Positions 41,950 to 52,700 of a DNA stretch of 64,000 nt are shown here, piece by piece. A program made the position numbers and the translations under genes. The first letter of the stretch is position 1, and the number at the start of each line of letters is the position of its first letter. Below the pieces are notes generated by a model that saw nothing but the letters and a program-made list of their open reading frames with translations, ran no database searches and was not told the DNA's origin. The stretch comes from Antechinus flavipes (Eukaryota): NCBI RefSeq assembly GCF_016432865.1, contig NC_067398.1, positions 83,328,001 to 83,392,000 of the forward strand, in the 5' to 3' direction.

Positions 41950-42720
41950 TGAGACCTGCACCTTAGGGAAATTACCTTGGCAACTAGGAATGATTAGGAT
42001 AAGGAATGCTTAGGGTGAGGAGAGACCAAAAGCAGGAAGACATAAGGGGCTGTTGCAGTACTCCACAGAGAAGTGATGTGGGCCTGATTTCGAGTATTAG
42101 CATGTGTCTGGAGAAAAGGGGATAGTTGTGAGATATTGTGGGATTAGAATCATCAGATGATTGGATATAAGGATGGAAGGAAAGAGATGAGTCTAAGACT
42201 ATCTCCAGTGTTACAAACCTGAATCGCTGGAAGTATAGTGGTTCTTCAATAGAAATAGAAAGTTTTAGAATAAGGAGGAGCAGAAAATGAGATTTGATGT
42301 TGTGCCATGTTTAATGTGAGTTGATTATAAATCATCTAGATGGAGATCCAAGAGAAAGTTGGTGACACAACCTTCAAGAGAGATTACAGCTGGACATTTA
42401 GATTTGGGGTTTATTTGTTTAGAACTGGATCTTGACCACATCAAGACAGATGAGGTCAATAGAGAAAAAAAAACACATGCTTATTGCAAGGGTGCTAGAC
42501 AACAAGCCAATGAACCAGAGAGTAGTCACACAGGAAAAAGCAAAAATAGAACACAAGCCATTTCACAGTGAAGTGGTCAACAGTATCAGAAGTTATCAGA
42601 AAGGATGAGAAGGATAAAGACTGAGAAAAGACCATCTGATGAAGCAGTTGAAATTACAGATGACTGGAGAAAACTGTTCATTGGAGTGGAGGAAATGAGA
42701 ATTACTTTGTAAAAGGAATT
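41950..42720 (-). mobile_element. L2 LINE fragment
   Basis: Purine-rich plus strand; the reverse complement resembles L2 (ttggatctccatctagatg...aaacatg). Confidence 0.65.
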
Positions 42721-42934
42721 AAGGAGGTAAAGTCAAGAAATATAAATGACTGGAGCTATAAATAGCAGAGAGTCATGGGAATTCAGGCTTAGGGCAAAAA
42801 CATTGGTTGGAAAGTAATCTGTGCTTTAATCTGTGGGCCCTGAAGTGGATGGTAAGCACTGAATTTCTTTCTGTGTCAGTTATGACTGACTCAGTGGCAC
42901 TTGGCCAACAGAAGGCTTAAAGGTGCCAAGGACC

Positions 42935-43099
42935 AGAAGTAGCTAGGTGGCGCAGTACCTAGCACCAGCCTAAAGTCAGGATGACCTGAGTTCAAATCTG
43001 ATCTCAGACACTTAACAGACACTTAACATTTCCTGGCTGTGTGACCCTGGTCAAGTCACTTAACCCCAATTGCCTCAACCAAAAATAAATAAATAAATG
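42935..43099 (+). mobile_element. WSINE-like SINE with 16-bp TSD AAAGGTGCCAAGGACC
   Basis: TSD at 42919-42934 and 43100-43115; internal CAGACACTTAA duplication; (AAAT)n tail. Confidence 0.9.
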
Positions 43100-43439
43100 A
43101 AAGGTGCCAAGGACCTCTTTAGGGAGAAGATGTACCCTGTTACCATGTCAGCATCCCTGGCCTGAGCTCTCTTCTGAGGGTTGTATCATCAGGTCTCTCT
43201 CCAAACCAACTTTCCCCAGTGGCATTAGAGTAATTGTACCTGTTTGGGGCAGACCATCCTAATCTTGCATAGTCTGGACCTCTCCAACACAGGGGACCAA
43301 AGGGTTCAAGATATTCTATGTGTATTCTTTTCTGCCTTCCAAACCCACCGCCAACTGAATTTGCTCGAGATACTAGAATTCCCAGTTACAGGAATTTGAT
43401 AGAAGTAGTTGACTTTGTTTTACTGATGCTTTACATATA

Positions 43440-44060
43440 GGTCAGTGGTGACAAAAAACTGGAAATTGTGGGGTTGCCCATCAGTTGGGGAATGGCTAAA
43501 CAAGTTGTAGTATATGATCATGATGGTATACTACAACGCTATAAGAAATGTTGAACTCATTGTTTTAGAAATACATGGAAAGACTTGAATGAAATAATGA
43601 AAAGTAAAATGAGCAGGACAAAAAAAAGTTAAACACAGTAATAGCAATATTGGTTAAGAAGAACTTTGAGCAACTCAGTCATTCTGAGTATTATGAATAC
43701 TCAACTCAATATATATATGTGTGTGTGTATGTACATATATTATACCTATTTATGTGTACACACACATACAGATACATAGTCATATACAATATACATCATA
43801 CATATAGGCGTACATATTATGGATAATGTAGCTATCTTTAAGAGCAGGGTGGGAAGGGAGGGGAAATATTATAAGTGCAAAGCAGAGGATAAAAGAAAAT
43901 TTTAGATGACAATGAAAATAGTTTCAAAAATAATGTATAGTATTTATATAGTTTTTAAAAATAAACTGTGAATAGTAAATTCATGATTTTTTAGTGAATC
44001 TTATTTTTATGTTGTGCTATATACATAGAAATGTTCTCTTTTTTGTCTTTAAATATTTAG
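43440..44060 (+). mobile_element. L1 3' fragment with a (TA/CA) low-complexity insert
   Basis: catcagttggggaatggctaaacaagttgtagtatatg...agacttgaatgaaataatg. Confidence 0.7.
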
Positions 44061-44539
44061 GTTCAAAATGAATTATGTACATATGTACCACTGTTACTTC
44101 CCAATAGCAAACCCCTTCCCAAGCTTCACTTTTAAGAGCCACAAAGTTAAATAATACTTATTATCACAAGTGCATCTGACTACATGGGTAATGATTCACA
44201 CCCATAAGCTACCATTTCTCTATTGACGATGGATTTAATAGACTATTAAGGACCATGCCTAAGTGAAGGGGCAGGTCAATTCTCCAAGAGCCTTCACAGC
44301 TGTGAATCATAACATTTGAAGGAATTGCAGATGTTCCTTGTGGATTGGGAATGAAATAAATTGGAGGCAAGAGGGAAGAGAAGGGAGGACAGACAACGCA
44401 ACTGCCTCTCAGTCTCCTTGTATTATCATTATCCCCTCACATGAAGAGATCCATTCTCCAGGTCTGAGTTAGACCTCCAGCAGCCACTGGCAGGTGGCTC
44501 CCGTATCACAACAGTAGACTATAAAGTTCTTTGTGGGAG

Positions 44540-44770
44540 AAGGAGGAAATAAACATTTATTAAGTACCTACAGTCTGTCAGGTGCTGTACTAAGCACTTT
44601 ACCCATATTATCTCATTTGATCCTCCTAACAACTCTGGGAATTGGGTGTTATTATCCCCATTTTACATTTGAGGAAACTAAGGTGGATAGAGATTAAACA
44701 ACTTGCTGGCAAGTTTTTGAAGTTCATTTTTAACTTAACTGGACCCAAGGTCCAGTGATTTATCACCTAG
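44540..44770 (-). mobile_element. MIR with adjacent L2 3' end
   Basis: atctcatttgatcctcctaacaactctgg...tgaggaaactaagg. Confidence 0.7.
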
Positions 44771-44829
44771 TTGTCTCCCCTGGCCCTCCCCTTGCTCCAT
44801 TCCCCTCTTTGTTTCACTTTGTATCCCTA

Positions 44830-47800
44830 ATTCCTAATTCAGTACCTATATATCAGTTCATACAAATCTTCTTTTCTTTTCTTTCTGCACAATAGCATTC
44901 CATTATATTCATATACCACAGATTTTTCAATCATTCCCCATTTGATGGACACAATTTGTTTTCAGTTCTTTGCTACCACAAAAAATGCCGCTTGAAATAC
45001 TTGGAGATATATAGATATAGATATAGATACATGTATATATTTATATTTAACTTCTATATTCATCTTCAACTTTCTTGGGCATATTCTTAGTAATGGGATT
45101 GCTAAGTCAAAGGTTATGGACAATTTAGTCCATTCTTCTTGCATAATTAAAAAAAGATCTTTAAAAAACTTTACAGATAATTTTTTTTGGTTTTTAGCCA
45201 TTTTTACTTCCAAATATTTCCATCCTCCTTCCCCTTCCTAAAGAACCATCAAATAGAGGGATAAAGGCAACCTAGCAAAACTAACCAACATATCAATCAA
45301 GTCTTAGAATATAAACAATATTCTGTATACACACTTAAAATCTCCCACCTCAGCAAAGAAGGGAAGAAGGTATGTTTTTTTCATCTCTTCTTTAAACCCG
45401 ACCTTTGTCAGTATAATTGAATATCTTGCAGAAGTGGAGTGTGTTTGCTTTGGTTTGGTTTGGTTTGGTTTATTACAATTTACATTGTGGTGGTTGTGTT
45501 TATTGTTCTCCTGGTTTTGTCCTCTTCACTTCGAATCAGTTCTTATAAATCATCCCATACTTCTACATTCTTCATATTCATTATGTTATATAGCACAATA
45601 ATATTCTATTACATTCATGTGGAAGAATTTGTTTAAAAATTGGTGAGCATCTGCTTTGCTTGCATTTCTTTGTTACTATAAAAAAATTGCTGCTGTGAGT
45701 ATTTTGATGTATATTAGGACTTTTGTTTTATCTTTGGGACATATGCTTAGCAATAGGATATCTGGTCAAAGGATGTAGATCTTTTAGTCACTTTATTAGC
45801 ATAATTCTATATTAACTTTCTAGATGTATTTGATTAAGTTCGTGCTTTTCTTTCTTTCTTTTTTTTGTGTGTGGTATGACTTTTATCATTCAGATTGCAT
45901 GTTCATTTTTAGTTTACTGTGGGATACAGTGTAAGTTACTAGTCTAAACCTAATTTCAGTCAGACTGCTTTCTAGGTTTCCCAGCATTTCTTGCTCAAGT
46001 ATGGAGTTTTTCTTCCAAATAATCTATGTTCTTGAGCACTGTGTTAAATTGTTTCTAATTATTTATTAAATTAATTTTACTCCTTTACTTTTCTATTTTT
46101 ATCCGGTACCAAATAATTTCAATGATTACTATTTCGTAATACAATAGAAGCACTATTGTTCCTCCATTTCTGCATTTTATTACTTCCTTAAGATTCTAGA
46201 TCTTTTATTCATCTAGATAAATATTGTTCTCTTTTTAACATTATATGTTATTCTGTATATTTTTAGTTCTATAAAGTATCACCTTGGATATCTGATCTAT
46301 ACATTCTTAACTCTGTAAATTAATTCATTTAGTGTCATTTTTATTATGTTGGCATGGTCTAGCCATTAGCACTAAATAATTCTCCCATTATTTATTTAAG
46401 TTGTTCTTTATTGGGGAGGGTTTTGTAATTGTTTTCTATACAGCTCTTAATTGTACCTTGTTAGATTGACTCCTAGATAGATTGTGTATTTTGTAGTTGT
46501 TTTAAACAAGACTTCCCTTTGTATTATGTCCTTCTGGATTTTGTTATTGCTATATACAAATGCTAATAATTTCCACTTTATTTTGCATCCTGTGATTGTC
46601 TCAGTTTATTTGTTTGAGAGAGAGAGTCTAAGCCAGGAAGAATCTGATTGTTCCCAATTATGGACTCATAAAGTATATGGGTCTGTATTTTTTAGTCATG
46701 TCTTTTAAATGATTCTTCAGTGAGAATAAAAATCACTCCTATGGCCTTTTCTATTCCTGTCCCCAGCCCAGATCATCTCTCGCTTTCCTCCCACTAACCC
46801 ACACATATAGTAAGCTTTTCCAAAGAAAAACCCCAGTCCAGGGGCTGATACTTGGTCTCTCTTTCTTTACTCCACTCTCTTCCCATCTAGTGGATCTGAT
46901 GAATATCCAACACTCACCAACTGTATCTTCCAGAAAACTATCAGATGGAAGACTATTTCTACCATGACTTATCATGGGCTCCTTTCTTTTATGTTTCTGA
47001 GGATGAGAACGGGAATCCGCTCATGGGACTTTGTCCTAACAAAGATGGAGAAAGATGATAGCTAGCAGAAATACATCGTGTCCCTAGCTGCAAAATGTTT
47101 CCACTGCTTGCTTTATCTAACACAGGAGTTTATGAATTAGGCCTTGAAGGCCTTGCATGATTAAAAGCTTCAATGTATAATATATCTGAGCATCAGACTT
47201 TACACGTGTATTCTGCTGCTCTCCAGAGCAGTGAAGCAGAGCCTACACACTATGAAAACAATGACAATATATATCCTACAAAGTGGAATCTGACCTAAAT
47301 GGCAGAAAAGCTGAAAAAGCATCTCGAGATGAGAAAGGCAAACCAATGGTCTTAACTTCATGGAGAACAAGATGGATCCCAAAGTCATCCACATGGGGGA
47401 GTGCTGTCATCAGAAGAAGGAATAAGGACTTCTTGCCAAGAGCAGCAATAGTAACAGCAAGGACCTTAGAGAGCGATGAAACAAGGATAGTCAGAAGCCT
47501 CCAGTTCAGCGTCCTTAAATCCCAAGTTTGAGATTATGTTGTCCTTAAGCCACCCAGATGGCTGGCTGTGTCTTACTCTTATCCACAAATCAATCCCTCC
47601 ATTTGAACCATTTGGAGCCCTGAAGGCTGCATTAAAAAACAATAATAACAATAAAAACTTGCTGATTCTCTGGGGGTTAGGTAAAACCACCATATCATTA
47701 TGGTGTTTGTCTCCTCTTTGCCTATGTTTATGCCTATATTTCCCCTCTCATCTTATTCCACTAGTAGTATTTCTAGAACTAAAATGGGGGATTGGAAGCA

Positions 47801-47830
47801 TTTTTGCTTTTATTGCATTATTCAGACTTG
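44830..47830 (-). mobile_element. Old L1 ORF2/3' region, interrupted by the NAA10 retrocopy (about 46595-47657)
   Basis: The antisense RT-region sequence stops near 46590 (ttttgcatcctg) and resumes near 47663 (gattctct). Confidence 0.65.
46887..47657 (+). pseudogene. NAA10: NAA10 (ARD1, N-alpha-acetyltransferase 10)-derived retropseudogene, frameshifted with stops
   Basis: Collinear intronless remnants DLMNIQH / [19 protein letters not shown] / YVSEDENG / [10 protein letters not shown] / IVSLAAKCFH / MIKSFN / SEAEPTHY / MAEKLKKHLEM / SKDL / EASSSAS vs recalled NAA10 DLMNMQH / LCLPENYQMKYYFYHGLSW / YIAEDENG / YVLAKMEED / ITSLAVKRSH / MIENFN / SEVEPKYY / MADELRRHLEL / SKDL / EASDSAS; then a 3' UTR and decayed A-rich tail at 47631-47657. 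Confidence 0.9.
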
Positions 47831-47847
47831 ATATCCAAAATGGTCAG

Positions 47848-48006
47848 CGGGGCAGCTAGATACAGTGGACAGAGCACCGGTCCTGGAGTCAGAAGGACCT
47901 GAATTTAAATGCCATCTCAGATACTTAACACTTATTAGCTGGATGATCCTGAGCAGGTTGCTTAACCTCAATTGCCTCATCAAAAATAAATAAGTAATTT
48001 TTTTTA
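47848..48006 (+). mobile_element. WSINE-like SINE with TSD AAAATGGTCAG
   Basis: TSD at 47837-47847 and 48007-48017. Confidence 0.88.
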
Positions 48007-48258
48007 AAAATGGTCAGAGAACTTCACATCTCTATTCACAGAACACTAGTATTCACTCCAGCAGGACCCATCCCATCTTTTGTCATTTTTGCTAATTTAC
48101 AAGCTGTGAAATGAAATCTGAGTTGCTTTGATATGGATCCCTCTTAATATTTATGATTTAGAATGTGTTTTCATTAGTTTATTTATAATTTGTAAATCTT
48201 TTGAAAATTCTAGTTTTTTCATTGGAGAAGGTCCTTAACCTGGTTCCATGAACTTTTT

Positions 48259-49603
48259 CTCTTTTTTTAAATCTTGTTCAATATTTTCCCCCAATTACAT
48301 GCAAAAACAATTTTAACATTTTTTTTTCTTCAGATTTTGAGTTTCAAATTCTTTCTATCCTTCTCCCCCATTGAGAAGGCAAGCAATTTGACATAGATTA
48401 TATATGTGTAATCATACAAAACACATTTCCTTGTAAGACATTCTGTGAAAGAAAACAGACAAAAAACCCCAAGAAAAATAAAGAAAAAATATTTTTGATC
48501 TGTATTCAGGCTCTACCAGTTCTTTCTCTGGAGATGGAGAGCACCTTTCATCATTAAGTCCTATAGAATTGGCTTGGATTATTGTATTGCTGAAAATAGT
48601 AGATCACTACACAGTATTTATGTCACTGTGTACAATGCTTTTACTCATTTCACTTTGCAGTAAGTCTTTCCATGTTTTTCCGATTTGACTATTAGCTCTA
48701 TGTTAGCATAGGACTCTGCCTCCCAAGTGGAAAAGGCACTGTCTCAAGCTTCAAGCTTTTGTATAACTGTTTTCAAAGGTGATTCTGGAGAGGTCTATAA
48801 ATTTTTGGCTCTTCCAAGTTGATATGACCTAGGAAGAAGCATATTTGCTACTCTAATGATAATGATATCTAATGATAATGCACTGGTTTATGAGAGACCA
48901 CAAGTACTCTTCTTTTGCCTCTTTTTCTGCATTTTTTTAATTAAAGCTTTTTATTTATTATTATTATTATTTGCTGAGGCAATTGAGGTTAAATGACTTG
49001 CCCAGGGTCACACAGCTAGGAAGTGTTAAGTGTCTGAGATTAGATTTGAACTGAGGTCCTCCTGACTTGAGGGCTGGTGCTCTATCCACTACACCACCTA
49101 GCTGCCCCCACAAGTACTCTTTTTAATTTGAACTGTGACCAGTGTCTCTACCTCTTTGCATCCCACAAGCTCTGCTGTGCTAATGCTCTTCTTTGGATTG
49201 GGATTAAGCTAACCCAGAACCACAACCCAGATCCAAATATAAGCAATACCGCAGTAGCCTACCCCTAGTGCCAGCAAAGGGACCTTTGTAAATCTCCTTC
49301 TGACCTTTTGCCTGATCTCTTTACTGTCAGTAGTCCTAGAGGTCTGCCACTGATTCTGTCACCCTAAAACCTGTTCCTGGTTTCCTGGGGCCTGATCCGC
49401 ATTCCTTTCTCACCAAGATACAACACACCTTTCCTGCCAACCTTCTAGATTGTCTAGGGCTGGAGAGTTGTTTCACTTTGGTTTTTTGTAGGTTCTGTCA
49501 CTCTAGAATTTTAGAGTCATTATTTAAAGATTTTTGGAAGGGTTTGGGAGAGAGCTCAGGTATGGTCCTTCCTCTGCTCTGCCATCTTGACTCTGCCTCT
49601 ACT
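48259..49603 (-). mobile_element. Internally deleted L1 derivative (5' UTR joined to 3' UTR) with a nested SINE
   Basis: L1 5'-terminus-like GGCAGAGTCAAGATGGC near 49600, L1 3' end near 48260, flanked by the TSD CCATGAACTTTTT. Confidence 0.6.
48912..49107 (-). mobile_element. WSINE-like SINE with 14-bp TSD CCACAAGTACTCTT
   Basis: TSD at 48898-48911 and 49108-49121. Confidence 0.88.
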
Positions 49604-49616
49604 CCATGAACTTTTT

Positions 49617-50403
49617 TTTCCCATCCAAATCAAGGGGCAAAGATTTTATTATGCTACAAAGGACAGGCTAAATCCATAAGGAATTTTAGTAAGGAAAGGG
49701 ATTTTAACAATTAGCAAGGCGCCTAAGATGTCATTAAGTAGGAAAACGCCATTAGGGGAATATGCCATTAAGGTGAGGCAAGTGTGGAATTACTTCATTG
49801 AATAATAGTAAATTCCAAGAGAAATTATTCAGGGAATTACAGTAGAGTGGGTCTTTTTTGAGGCAACTATAACCTCAGGGTTGACATCATAACTTGACTT
49901 TCTAATCAGATACAGTGATTGTAAGGTTTTGTTGATTTTATCAATGCAAAATATTCCACAAAGAACAAAAAAAAATCACTCAAGGCCCAGAGATAATGCT
50001 ATCTTGCTTGCTTCAGGCAGTAGTTTTCAAGACTTGCCCAAATTGAGGATCTGGGGGTCTTTTTCTCTATCCTCATTTCCCTCCTCAAACAAATGGGACC
50101 CAAAATCTTTTGGGATGTTAAATGGAGGTCTCTTTCTTCTGAAATTACTTCCTGCTAAAATTGGGAATAGAATTTTATTGTCTTAAGGGTCTCATTTGAA
50201 GTGATAAGTTTGAGGACCCAGAAGCTGGTTTATGCAGAGTCCAGTGGATGCTGAATCTCAAATCCATGTTGAACATTATTGAAGGTGGAACCTAGATTTT
50301 TAACCTAGAAAGGGAAGGGAGGCTAGGCCACAATATCAGATCAACCAAGGGTACACATGTCAAAGTGTTTAGACATTGGGTGGAGTGAATGACGGGCTAA
50401 CTT
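49617..50403 (-). mobile_element. Processed (L1-mobilised) copy of an ERV1-like RNA 3' end: 3' internal region, PPT, U3, R, short poly(A)
   Basis: TAGCAGGAAGT motif 50157-50147; PPT-like GAGGAGGGAAA 50086-50076 then TG; AATAAA 49650-49645; T-run at 49612-49619; no U5; flanked by TSD. Confidence 0.55.
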
Positions 50404-50553
50404 CCGTGAACTTTTTTTAAAAAATTATCTTGATAATTCTATGATTGGTTTCCATCATAATCTTGTATGTTTTCTTTTATGCCTTTAAAAACATTATTCT
50501 GAGAAGGAATTCATAGGTTTCACCAAAGGGGTCCATAAAACAAAAAATGTTTA
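50404..50553. mobile_element. Right part of a hAT-type MITE (left part about 48226-48258) that was the insertion target
   Basis: Similar to the uninterrupted copy at about 55900-56088. Confidence 0.6.
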
Positions 50554-51144
50554 TGATGAAGTTTGTATCCCCTCAATTCCCGGTGATGATGAAGTTAGTG
50601 GCAATAAAAGAGTTGTTAAAAAAAAAAAACCCTTTTAATTGGCCGCAGGTTTAAAGTGAAAGAATTCACTTATTCCCAAATTATTAATTGCAAAATGAAA
50701 GTTTATTGTTGGATAGAAACAAGCTTGCTAAGAGACTGACTTCTATAGTGTCAGAGCCCTATTAGGGAAATGGAATCTTAAGCTGAGAATGCTCATCGGG
50801 CAGGGTCCTAGCAAATTGCTTGGCCCTCTGCAAGAAGTGAGTTTAAGGGAACCTGTTATATGAGCATCTTGGTGGGAGTTGGGACAGCCTGAGCTGATCA
50901 GACCAGGATTTCTCAGTTGAATAAGAATTTAGGATTTCAAAAAGATCAATGGGAGTTGATTTGCTTCTGAATAATGTTGCTTCTCTCATCAAGATGGGCC
51001 CTAACTCTAGACTCCTTGGAGCCTGGGAGATCCTGATCTCAGATAAAAAAAGTGACACAATTTAATTTTAAAGGGAACACAATTTAGTGATAATCTTAAA
51101 GAGAACACAGCTTCAGTAAAGGGAACAGTTTCCCTCCCCCTTCA
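50554..51144 (-). mobile_element. Solo-LTR-like element
   Basis: TG...CA termini on the minus strand and an internal AATAAA near 50703; no TSD found. Confidence 0.4.
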
Positions 51145-51160
51145 TTCAGAATCTCAGCTA

Positions 51161-51499
51161 TCTCTGTTAATTATTTTTGTCAATCACCTATAATATTCAG
51201 GTTAGCTTTCTGGAGGTTCCTGGATCAGCCTGAATCTTTGGTCTTAGTGATGAAAGCAGGAGAGCCACCACAAGGCTGATCAAAGATAGAATGTCTCATT
51301 TCCAATCCTTCTTAGTCCTTATATAAATTAGTACAATTACATCATTACAGCATACTGAATATGTGTGAACTAGAGAACCATTACATCACCATACTAAGTA
51401 TTAAGTATTTATGTGAACTAAAAAAACCATCATTTCATCAATTCCACTGAATTAACACCTTGTTTCAAGGATACTTCTCCAGAGTTCCAGACCTCTACA
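51161..51499 (-). mobile_element. Solo-LTR-like element
   Basis: TGTAGAGGTCTGG start and ...TAACA end on the minus strand; TATATAA box; boundaries uncertain. Confidence 0.45.
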
Positions 51500-51509
51500 G
51501 TTGCCTATT

Positions 51510-51680
51510 CATCTTGGGCATTATATATATTTATTATTTTTTTTATTAAACATATGCATGGGTAATTTTTCAACATTGACCCTTGCAAAACCTTGTGTTC
51601 CAGATTTTCACCTCCTTCTTCCCATGCTCTCCCCTGGATGGCAAATAATCCAATACATGTTAAATATATTAAAATATAGG
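51510..51680 (-). mobile_element. L1 3' end
   Basis: Same family as 33175-33545. Confidence 0.75.
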
Positions 51681-52149
51681 GCACTGTATTTTTAACAGTA
51701 TTTAATGCATAAATGTTTTTCCACATGATAGTTCTGATTAAATTGATTTTGTTTTTAATTTTTTAGGTTTTAACTTAGGCTTTTTAATTTTTTTCTAAGT
51801 AAGCACTTCCAGTTAAGATGGCAACATGAAGATTTCTGTAATTTTAATAGTCATATCTTTTGTAATACTTTTTATCCCTTTTTTGATGATCACCTCCCCC
51901 GTTCCCAACCACAGAGCTTAAAGGTATCTCTATCTTCTCTAATTTTTCATGTATGACCTTTAAAATCACGTTCTATTCATCTGGAGCTTATTATAATATA
52001 TAAGATACTGGTCTAAACTTCTTTTCTACCAAACTGCTTTCTGCTTTTCCTAGCAGTTATTGTTTAATAAGAATTCTTCTCCACCCTCCTAATAGCTGTT
52101 GTTCTTTCGTCCATGTGTTGATATTTTTTTTTTCCTAGATAGTTAGCTA

Positions 52150-52700
52150 TGAAAGGAAGAAGAGTTAGAGAACCATAGCTTGAAGGGACTAAAGATCAAG
52201 AGAACAATTTTCAAGGATAGAGAATTCCAGGCCATATTTATAGAGAACTGGAACCAATAGAGATCGAAGAAGAGAGAAAGGAAATTGATGGAAGGTACAA
52301 GCTGCTGGAGGAAAGGAGAAGTTACAGGATAGAAGGCACAAGTAGAGTTGGCCATGGCATGGAGGAGAGCCCACCTTCTTTTTGGAGCCTATGACAAAAA
52401 GGGAGAGAAAGGGGATGACATTGAGTTTTGAGGCATGGGGGGCACAACAGTATGACTGGCACCAAACTTCAAGAGGAGAGAAGGAAATGACCTCTGGAGT
52501 TATAGATGAATCCAAAAAGCATCTAGTCATAATACACTTCAAAGAGAGAGAGTTGCTGAATAACAGAAAAAGAGGGGTTTTGCACTAAGAGATGAACAAG
52601 AAGTATGTTGGTCCTGAAGTGTGTTGGTACTTGAGAAGAAGCATTCAGTATCAAAGATAAAGCAAAGGTCACGGTATCATATGGAGGAGACCAGGTTTTA
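52150..52700 (-). mobile_element. L2 ORF2 fragment
   Basis: The pyrimidine-rich minus strand resembles L2 (atggccaactctacttgtgcc...tcc). Confidence 0.55.
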
